Shown here piece after piece: positions 56,486 to 64,000 of a DNA stretch of 64,000 nucleotides (positions are counted from its first letter, which is position 1; every line of letters begins with the position of its first letter). The notes under the pieces are model-generated. The model was not told where the DNA came from and did no database searches. It was given only the letters and a program-made list of their open reading frames with translations. The stretch is from positions 48,249-112,248 of the forward strand of contig CAYOQS010000003.1 of NCBI GenBank assembly GCA_964406185.1, written 5' to 3'. A program made the translations under genes and the position numbers. The stretch comes from an uncultured Methanosarcinales archaeon (lineage in GTDB: Archaea; Nanobdellota; Nanobdellia; Woesearchaeales; UBA11576).

Positions 56486-56498
56486 CTTAAAATTTAAG
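56486..56498. promoter_or_regulatory. 13-mer cttaaaatttaag ~63 nt upstream of the lrp start; candidate autoregulatory site
   Basis: Reverse complement of the 55364-55376 site. TATA atttaaat at 56448-56455 is ~28 nt upstream of the lrp ATG, giving a leaderless-type spacing. Confidence 0.35.
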
Positions 56499-56660
56499 TT
56501 TAAAAAATAAAGAGTGTCTTTGGATCTTCTTTGATTTGGGGGCGACACTATACTGCGATGGTTTTTTAAATGCAGTAGACAAACAACAAACATCCGTCAA
56601 TACATCATCAAACACAATATCAACAAATGTCAAATACATCCGAAGAAAAGAGCTGTGTAA

Positions 56661-58181
56661 ATGGACTACAAAAAACTCGCGAAGGATTCTGCATGGGTCT
56701 TCGCGATATCCTTCGCAATCATACCTCTCAACCTTCTCATACGTATGCTGTACGCGAGAAACCTGACTATCGAGGATTACGGAATATTCTACGGTCTCAT
56801 TGCGTTCTTTGGACTTTTCACATTCCTGAGTGATTTTGGGGTGAGGAGCGCCACACCATACATAGTGTCAAAATACGATGTAAAGAAGAATCACGGGAAG
56901 ATAAAAGCAATATATTTCGGTGGGCAAATATTCCAGCTTACAGCCTCATTGATCGTAGTTACGCTTATGATCATATTCAGAAGCGACATAATAACACAAG
57001 TCTTTAACAACTCCCAAAACGCCCCAATAATGCTCAACTTCTTCCTCCTATTCTGGATAATAAACACGATATTCAGAGCAAACCTGTCCTTCTTCATCGG
57101 CTATGCTGAGACAAGGACGTCCAAAATATTCGAGTTTGTGAATCTTCTGGCAGTATTGATAATATCATATGTACTGTTCTTCTTCTTCGAATCATACAAA
57201 GTACCTGTCATCGCTTATCTTCTCGCAATAATAATCTGCGCGCTCCTCACAACAGTGCTATTCTGGTACAGACACTATAATGTGTTCAACGCAAAGATGT
57301 CATATAACAGGACACTCTTCAAAGAAATCAAGAAATATTCGCTCGCAGTTGTACTCGCCTCTGCTTCACAACTCATAATGCCACAGATCGACACAGTAAT
57401 ACTCCAGACAATATCTGGTGCGGAAAGTGTTGCATACTACACAACAGGCGTATCTGCCGCATCACTTATTCTTGTTTTAGCAGCATCTGTACGAATAGTT
57501 CTCCTCCCCGCGTTTTCAAGACTTTGGCACAAGAAGGAAAAAGCCAGGTTATCAAAGCTGATAGAAGTAATAATGCACAACCTCATCATTATCGCATTGC
57601 CTATAAGCATGCTTTTCTCACTTTTCTCGCTACACATCATAATCTTGCTCTTCGGAGAAGGGCTTGCCCCCTCACAGATAGTCTTGCAGTTTTTCGCATT
57701 CGTCTTCATCATAAAGCTATACAACGAATTCCTATTTATGTGTCTCAAGTCCACAGGAAAACCCGGGAAGTTCAGCAAAGCAATGATTATCGGTCTCGTG
57801 ATAAACGTAGTCCTAGACCTGATACTAATACCACAGATCGGAATAAAGGGAGCTATAATAGCGACATCTGCAACATACCTGTTCATATTCATATATGCAA
57901 TAAACTACATCAAAAAGACGGTGAAAATAAGAATCCATAAGATGAAGCTGCTGAAGATAGGTGCGGCATCAGCAGGATTTGTCTTGACATCCCTCATTCT
58001 CTACACCCAATACGCTCCGATAACCATGTATAGCACAATGATAAACAGCATCGCAAACCACAGCATCGCATTCCTCGCCGGCCTAGCAGCTTACTCAATC
58101 CTGCTGATAGTGCTAAAGGCGATTGACATAACAACAATTCTATGGATGAAACAGCTCGTGATGACAAGGGAGAAAAAATAA
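56661..58181 (+). CDS. Wzx-type polysaccharide/oligosaccharide flippase (MOP superfamily)
   Basis: 506 aa with 12-14 TM helices. N-terminus typical of polysaccharide biosynthesis protein. Low GC. Confidence 0.8.
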   Translation: MDYKKLAKDSAWVFAISFAIIPLNLLIRMLYARNLTIEDYGIFYGLIAFFGLFTFLSDFGVRSATPYIVSKYDVKKNHGKIKAIYFGGQIFQLTASLIVVTLMIIFRSDIITQVFNNSQNAPIMLNFFLLFWIINTIFRANLSFFIGYAETRTSKIFEFVNLLAVLIISYVLFFFFESYKVPVIAYLLAIIICALLTTVLFWYRHYNVFNAKMSYNRTLFKEIKKYSLAVVLASASQLIMPQIDTVILQTISGAESVAYYTTGVSAASLILVLAASVRIVLLPAFSRLWHKKEKARLSKLIEVIMHNLIIIALPISMLFSLFSLHIIILLFGEGLAPSQIVLQFFAFVFIIKLYNEFLFMCLKSTGKPGKFSKAMIIGLVINVVLDLILIPQIGIKGAIIATSATYLFIFIYAINYIKKTVKIRIHKMKLLKIGAASAGFVLTSLILYTQYAPITMYSTMINSIANHSIAFLAGLAAYSILLIVLKAIDITTILWMKQLVMTREKK

Positions 58182-58282
58182 AAAGAAGAAAACAAGAAAA
58201 GAAAGGAAGAGTTACAACAGGAGTAAAAAAACAGGTGATCTTTATGATAGAATACTTATCATTATTGTGTCTGATAAAATAA

Positions 58283-58374
58283 CAAAACTTTTGACCATAA
58301 TATATACGCAAGGGCTATCCCCGACCTAAAGGTCGGGGTATTACGCCCTTGCAAATTGATAGTCAAAAGTTTTG
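58283..58374. other. 92-nt triple-nested perfect inverted-repeat hairpin element
   Basis: Outer caaaacttttgac/gtcaaaagttttg (13 bp). Middle gcaagggc/gcccttgc (8 bp). Inner ccccgacc-taaa-ggtcgggg (8 bp, tetraloop). Lies between convergent gene ends. Confidence 0.6.
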
Positions 58375-58377
58375 GGA

Positions 58378-58426
58378 TTAACGCTGACGGGCTAAAGCCA
58401 GGGGCATTAAACCCCGTCTGCGTTAA
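58378..58426. other. second nested inverted-repeat hairpin element
   Basis: ttaacgc/gcgttaa outer stem. gacggg/cccgtc inner stem. Small ggc-taaa-gcc hairpin inside. Confidence 0.55.
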
Positions 58427-58436
58427 TAAGCAAGCA

Positions 58437-60124
58437 CTAAAAATTCCTGTACACAAGTACTTTCTGTTCTATTTTCTTAGTCAGAAACATCCTATCAACC
58501 ATATCGATAAAACCATCCAGAATGTCTGAATCCATAACAGAATCAATCTTCATGATTGCAGATAACTCCGCCAAAGGTATGTGCCACACCCTTATCGTGA
58601 AATCAAAACTCTTAACAGGCTCCCCGTCTCTGTAAATACTCCAAACACAAGAATCCGTATCATAAGCTGAGAGTTTCCAAGTATCTATAACGATAAAATC
58701 ATGCCCCTCAGATCTCAAATCAGCCAAATCGTCGCAGGAATCAGGTAGGCCAGTTGATGGAGACTTTGTATAGAAACTCATTAAACTACCTACTGTAGAG
58801 ACTGTACCTGTCGATCCTTGCTCCCGGATATACTCCCCTGTTTCCCTAAATGCAAGATTGCTATAAGAGACTACTTCCGCTGACCAAATAGTGCTCCCTA
58901 ATACTGAAAAAAAGACCAATAAAATAAAACCAACCGACGCAACCTTTCTGCTCACACGTTTCCAACAAGATAACCTTAAACGTATAGAATCCATACCAAA
59001 GCCACCTATCAAAGCGATAATAAAGGGAAAGAACATCAAGGTCCTGGGTCGCCCATAAGCTATCTTCATGACAAAAAGAGCCAGAAGCACAAAAGTGCCT
59101 GCAAAAAGGATATCCTGGCGCTTCCTGCGCCTTAGCATGGCTATCAATCCCACGACAAGAAAGATGAATGTCGTGATAAAAAAGTACTTATACATGAAGA
59201 ATACATAAGCCAGGTTCTCTGAGAGGAAATTCCCTCCAGCTAACCAATCGTGATCCAGCCGAGGGATGCTGTCAAGAAAAGGTATCGCAGCCACTATACG
59301 GTGCCCTATGTCTATCTGATCCACCCTATGCATGAAATAGAACAGATAGCTCTCGTCAGCAAGGTAATAGAAGAACCATGTAGCGAAAAAAACCAATAAA
59401 AATCCTGCGGACATAACCATGCAATGCAGCACACCAGACTTTATCTCTGCCTTCCAAGCCTCCCTGCGTCTTGCCGATGCCAGCCAGCCTGTAAGCTCGA
59501 ACAGGCATAGTATGATCAGAAGCACAACCCCGAGAAACTTTGAGTCGTATGAAAGCCCTATGGATATACCTGCCAGAGCCAGAAACAGCCATTTGTAAGG
59601 CCTTTCGTGCTTTCGATGACTGTACTTATTATGGTTGTATCTTTTAGACAAAAGGTAGAAGAGAAAAGCGAGGCTGAAAAAAAACAGCATTGTCGACTCT
59701 GCATACGCGTTCCTGCTGAACTCTATGTGCAGCTTATTGAAAGTGATTATTATCGCGGCGAAAAGCCCGGCATAGTAATTGTAAGCCAAGCAACCAATAA
59801 AAAAAACAACAAGAACTGTCAGACTCCCGAAAAGAGCAGAAACCATAATGCCTGCATAGTCATGATGCCCGAAAAACCTGAGGGATAAAGAAATCAGATA
59901 GGAAAAAAGAGGTTTTGATGAAATGAGGGGGTATCTGAGATCTGCGTAATCATCCCCATTCATCCATGCTCCTTCATTCATATAAGTGGCTTCATCAACC
60001 TGGCTTATGCCTATTCCAGTAATACCATAGAACCTGATGAAAAAAGCAAATATCATAAGGACCGCCACTATTATAGGCTTATAGTTCCTATTAGCCCACC
60101 TGAAAAAGCCCTTCAACATACCCA
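58437..60124 (-). CDS. GT-C membrane glycosyltransferase (PMT/ArnT-like, GT39/GT83-type)
   Basis: Start MGMLKGFF (ATG 60124) avoids overlap with asnB. Polytopic N-terminal half, then a soluble C-terminal domain. Confidence 0.65.
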
Positions 60125-60206
60125 TAAATCCAGCACAAGGATATATAAAATTAACTATCCTTGTAAGTAATAAAGAATATAAACCAGGCAGGAATTTAAA
60201 AGCAAA

Positions 60207-62153
60207 ATGTGCGGAATATGCGGCGTATACGGCTTTGATGACCCGAAGCTGGTCAAGGAGATGACAAAGATACTCGAACATAGAGGACCGGATGATTATG
60301 GTCATCTGTTCGATGACAAAGTAGGTCTAGGCCACCGGCGCCTATCAATAATAGACCTCTCCACAGGAAGGCAGCCAATCTACAATGAAGATAAATCGAT
60401 AGGCATCGTATTCAACGGAGAGATATACAACTTCAAGGACCTGCGTGAAGGCCTGGAGAGAAAAGGACACAGGTTCAGCACCGAAACGGACACGGAGACC
60501 ATACTGCATCTTTATGAAGAGAAAGGCGTCCGATGCCTTGATGACCTCAACGGATTCTTCGCCTTTGCAATATGGGATTCTGAGAAAAAAAAACTGTTCA
60601 TAGCAAGAGACCGTGCTGGTATAAAGCAACTTTACTATACTCTCGTCGATGGCAAACTCCTTTTCGCGTCAGAGATCAAAGCACTTCTGCTGCATGAAAG
60701 CGTGAAGCGTGAGGTCAATATATCCTCGCTTGACAGCTACATAACATACAGATACATTCCCGGAAAAGGTACGCTTTTCGAGGGAATATACAAGCTAAGA
60801 CCTGGCGAGGCAATACTTGCTGATGGCCAAGGGATAAAGATAAAACGATACTGGCGTTTCCGCATAGATGAAGACATCTCGGTTACCCATGCAGCATATG
60901 CAAAACAGCTCCGGAAGCTGCTCAAAGACTCTGTCCAGAAACGGATGATAAGCGACGTCCCTGTCGGCGCATACCTTTCGGGCGGGCTAGACTCAAGCGC
61001 CATCGTCAACTACATGGTCCAGAACACTGACGAACAGGTCAAGACCTTTGCACTTGGATTTGAAGGAGGCAAGGATGTTGATGAGACAAAGAATGCGAGG
61101 CAGGTGGCTGAACACCTAGGAACTGACCACCATGAGATCAGCGTCCCAAAAGGCGCCGCCAAACTGCTGCCAAAAATAATATGGCATCTCGACGACCCCC
61201 TCGGGGACACAGCCATAGTTGCCAACTACCTGCTCGCGGAGCGCGCCAGGAAAGACGTAACTGTCGTGCTAAGTGGAGAGGGTGCTGACGAGCTGTTCGG
61301 TGGTTACATGCAGCACAAATACATGCTCCTGGCAGGTAAGATCAAGAAGCTGATGCCACGTTTCGCAGCAAGGACTATCACACCTGCCATCCTCAAGACA
61401 CTTCCTCCCAATGTGATCGACAAGTTTGTCCACTATCCCGCAAACATCGGAAAAAAAGGCAAGAAACGGTCCATAGAGCTCGTAAGATCAGTACATGATG
61501 ATCCAAAAACATACACCCAACTCATATCCTTCTTCACGGAGAGCGACAAGACGAAAGCTTACTCAGACAATCTTAAATCCAAAGTCAGCATCGGGCACGT
61601 ACGCAACGATATCAGGACAAGCTTCAGGGATTCCCACCAGCGAAACATACTCAACCAGGTGCTCCATCATGAATTCAACACCTGGCTCCCAGACGACATC
61701 CTGTTCAAGCTCGACAAGATATCGATGGCAAATTCCCTTGAAGGAAGAGTGCCGTTCCTCGACCACAGGATCATCAAGCTCTCAGCCAAGATGCCCGCCA
61801 GCATCAAGATAAAAGGGATGCAGGAGAAATACATACTCAGAAAAGCGATGATAAAAGACCTTCCCAAACAAGTATACCAGAGGAAGAAACACGCATTCTA
61901 CATGCCCGTGACTAATTGGTTCGACAAGGAGATATTAGATATATCTGAGGACCTGCTTGACCCGAAACAGATCAGGAAGAGGGGATATTTCAATAATTCT
62001 TATGTGAAGAAGATTGTGTCAGGCTACAACAAGGAATTCCTCTACGAGAAACAGCTGATATCACTCATCGTGCTGGAGATGTGGCACAGGATATTTATAG
62101 ATGGGAGTATTGAAAAAATAAGAAAATCACCAAAATACGCAGATATATTTTAA
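60207..62153 (+). CDS. asnB: asparagine synthase (glutamine-hydrolysing), AsnB family amidotransferase
   Basis: N-terminal MCGICG (Cys2 nucleophile). PP-loop SGGLDSS. Confidence 0.9.
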   Translation: MCGICGVYGFDDPKLVKEMTKILEHRGPDDYGHLFDDKVGLGHRRLSIIDLSTGRQPIYNEDKSIGIVFNGEIYNFKDLREGLERKGHRFSTETDTETILHLYEEKGVRCLDDLNGFFAFAIWDSEKKKLFIARDRAGIKQLYYTLVDGKLLFASEIKALLLHESVKREVNISSLDSYITYRYIPGKGTLFEGIYKLRPGEAILADGQGIKIKRYWRFRIDEDISVTHAAYAKQLRKLLKDSVQKRMISDVPVGAYLSGGLDSSAIVNYMVQNTDEQVKTFALGFEGGKDVDETKNARQVAEHLGTDHHEISVPKGAAKLLPKIIWHLDDPLGDTAIVANYLLAERARKDVTVVLSGEGADELFGGYMQHKYMLLAGKIKKLMPRFAARTITPAILKTLPPNVIDKFVHYPANIGKKGKKRSIELVRSVHDDPKTYTQLISFFTESDKTKAYSDNLKSKVSIGHVRNDIRTSFRDSHQRNILNQVLHHEFNTWLPDDILFKLDKISMANSLEGRVPFLDHRIIKLSAKMPASIKIKGMQEKYILRKAMIKDLPKQVYQRKKHAFYMPVTNWFDKEILDISEDLLDPKQIRKRGYFNNSYVKKIVSGYNKEFLYEKQLISLIVLEMWHRIFIDGSIEKIRKSPKYADIF

Positions 62154-62198
62154 CCCAAAAAAAACATGTTCTTTAAAGTGCAGATATCTTAGCCCGAT

Positions 62199-63149
62199 TC
62201 ATCTACTAATCTCTTTATTGTACTCCATATCAAACAACATTCCGAAAAACAGGAACTGAAAACCCATTATCAGCAGGAATACGCAGAGAACCACCGCGTT
62301 TATCGATAACAACTGGTAAACCAGCCGCGCATATAAAAGATATATCCCGTAAACCAGACCAAAAGGCACCAGAATAATACCAAAAATGTAAAAAAGCGCC
62401 AACGGATGAAAATCCCTCAACAGATACTTCTCCTTCAAACGCCAGAAAAAACGTTTTAAAAGAAGGAAAGAAACCTTCGGGATGTACTTATGAAGACGAA
62501 TACCTGAAACTTCATCCTTGTAAACAGGATTTATAATCACGTCCTTCACCCTGAAATTGTATACGTTGAGAATCGCAAGGATGTCATTAGGCACGCCGTA
62601 CCAAGGATATATATCATCCAGAGGTATAGTCTCCAAAACACTTCTTTTAATGACAGTATAGCCGCATTGCGGATCCATGATCTTCCAATATCCTGTCGAA
62701 ATCTTGTTCAGGACTGTCAGAAGGGAATTGCCAAAATACCTGAGTTGCGGCATATTCTTCTTCACGTCCCTGTGAAAAAGGCGGTTACCCTTTGAATAAT
62801 CAGCGCCTCCATCAATAACTTCGTCCATCAGAGCAGGAAGGTCTGCTGGATCCATCTGGGCATCACCAGCCATCACAGCGATAAGGTCCATCTTGAGCTT
62901 AACAGCAGCCTTGTAACCTGAAACTATGGCTCCCCCAACGCCCCTATTCTTTCTGTGGCGGATAACAATAAGACGCTTCTTTAGTTTTGGCTTGAATCGT
63001 TTGACTGCCTTCAAAGTGGAATCTGTGCTACAGTCGTCAACAACTATTATCTTATCCACGTATTTTGGCATCGTATTCAGAACTTTCCCTATCTGTTTTG
63101 CCTCATTATGCGCGGGAACTACAACCCCCATTCTTGCCTTTCCATACAT
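62199..63149 (-). CDS. GT2 glycosyltransferase with C-terminal TM helices
   Basis: VVVPAHNEAKQIGKVL...IIVVDDCSTDST. Confidence 0.85.
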   Translation of the reverse strand: MYGKARMGVVVPAHNEAKQIGKVLNTMPKYVDKIIVVDDCSTDSTLKAVKRFKPKLKKRLIVIRHRKNRGVGGAIVSGYKAAVKLKMDLIAVMAGDAQMDPADLPALMDEVIDGGADYSKGNRLFHRDVKKNMPQLRYFGNSLLTVLNKISTGYWKIMDPQCGYTVIKRSVLETIPLDDIYPWYGVPNDILAILNVYNFRVKDVIINPVYKDEVSGIRLHKYIPKVSFLLLKRFFWRLKEKYLLRDFHPLALFYIFGIILVPFGLVYGIYLLYARLVYQLLSINAVVLCVFLLIMGFQFLFFGMLFDMEYNKEISR

Positions 63150-63160
63150 AATACTAACCT

Positions 63161-64000
63161 TTATCTCTTTCCTGTAAAAAAGACAAAACCAAAACCTGCC
63201 TTTACATACCTGAAAAACTCACTGAATGACGATATAGAACATAATTTCCTAAACAAAAATTTTGGCCTGAAATAGAACTTCTTATGCGTCGAATAATAAA
63301 AATCTTCCAGGTATTCCGGAGATAAATCGCAAAAATTATGAGTCATTCCTGCTTTCACAAAACCTTTTTCAATATCAAAATCCGACATCTTACTTCCCGT
63401 CAGCTTCTGCTTAAACATATCAAACAATTCAGTTCCCGGATAAGGCATAGCAATATTCAAAGACATATAATCAGGATCAATTTCGAATATTAGATTTTTG
63501 GTTTCTCTCAGAGTTTCTTCATTCTCACCCGGCAGACCTATGATGAAATGTGCCACAGTACCAATCTTATATTTTTTAATAATTTTAAATGTCTTCTTTA
63601 TCTGATCAACTTTTATACCTTTCTTCATCACCTTAAGCATCTTATCTGAACCGGATTCGACACCAATCTTCAACAAATGACAACCTGCCTTCGCCATCAG
63701 TTCAAGCGTTTTATCATCAAGAGAATCAATCCGCGCATTACATATCCAGCCTATATTTATATTTCTCTCAAGCAAAATATTACATATATCCTCAACTCTC
63801 CTCTTGTCGATGGTAAATTCTTCATCCCTGAAAAAAACTTCTTTGATTCCGTACTTCTCCACACACATCTGGATTTCATCAACGACATTTTTTGCTGTCC
63901 GGGCCCGATACCTTTTCCCATAAGTCATCCCTGCTGCACAGTAGATGCATGGGAATGGGCAGCCCCTGCTGGTGTTCATAGTCGTGTAGGGTAACTTCTT
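63161..64000 (-). CDS. B12-binding radical SAM protein, C-terminal part (N-terminus beyond window end)
   Basis: The reading frame stays open to 64000 (..KKLPYTTMNTSRGCPFPCIYCAAG is the CxxxCxxC motif). Paralogous to 39027-40499. Confidence 0.75.
   Translation of the reverse strand, partial: KKLPYTTMNTSRGCPFPCIYCAAGMTYGKRYRARTAKNVVDEIQMCVEKYGIKEVFFRDEEFTIDKRRVEDICNILLERNINIGWICNARIDSLDDKTLELMAKAGCHLLKIGVESGSDKMLKVMKKGIKVDQIKKTFKIIKKYKIGTVAHFIIGLPGENEETLRETKNLIFEIDPDYMSLNIAMPYPGTELFDMFKQKLTGSKMSDFDIEKGFVKAGMTHNFCDLSPEYLEDFYYSTHKKFYFRPKFLFRKLCSISSFSEFFRYVKAGFGFVFFTGKR

Noticed and set aside
60125-60305. Long N-terminal extension of the GT-C gene overlapping asnB by ~100 nt
   Set aside because: Divergent genes are unlikely to overlap this far. 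The internal MGMLKGFF start leaves an ~80-nt intergenic promoter region.

Overview
This 64-kb window looks archaeal: AT-palindromic TATA boxes (ATTTAAAT) 25-35 nt upstream of start codons, Shine-Dalgarno GGAGGT leaders, an STT3/AglB oligosaccharyltransferase with a WWDFGHW motif, a geranylgeranyl-reductase-family flavoprotein, Lrp/AsnC and AbrB-PhoU-type regulators, and eukaryotic-like protein kinases. Gene density is high and ATGA/TGATG start-stop overlaps indicating translational coupling are frequent. The window divides into five blocks. (1) 213-2238: a Zn-ribbon protein, a PLD-family (2x HKD) membrane protein and a K/R/T/P-rich basic protein. (2) 2277-7882 (-): a complete branched-chain-amino-acid-type ABC importer with two substrate-binding proteins, LivF-G-M-H then SBP1 and SBP2. 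(3) 8184-14489: a quasi-symmetric regulatory/signalling locus. Two divergent operons each encode a tiny DNA-binding protein (an RHH and an AbrB/MazE-like protein, both below the ORF-track size cutoff) translationally coupled to a large single-pass transmembrane kinase, one atypical kinase fold and one canonical HRDLKPSN Ser/Thr kinase. The pair is bracketed by two paralogous AbrB-PhoU regulators convergent on the kinases. This is the most unusual, apparently undescribed system in the window. (4) 14677-30289: a cell-surface protein island with a 1346-aa anchored subtilase, a 1474-aa PKD-type giant protein carrying eight Cys-flanked DNDGDG calcium-binding-like repeats, and three further secreted or anchored proteins. 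(5) 30551-64000: a roughly 33-kb surface-glycan locus. It contains AglB, five GT2 genes, one GT4, two GT-C-like membrane proteins, a Wzx flippase, AsnB, two B12-rSAMs, a SPASM-rSAM, an FAD oxidoreductase, DUF362, a PHP phosphoesterase, a DPPR-synthase-like UbiA, a methyltransferase and a TagF-like protein. It also holds a CMP-Kdo/nonulosonate-type pathway (KdsA, KdsC, a NanA/DapA-like lyase, YhcH and a CMP-sugar cytidylyltransferase) under a putative Lrp regulator, and a hexapeptide acetyltransferase gene interrupted at a G10 homopolymer. Non-coding observations: a GC-rich structured leader at 8040-8180, and two nested palindromic hairpin elements at 58283-58426.
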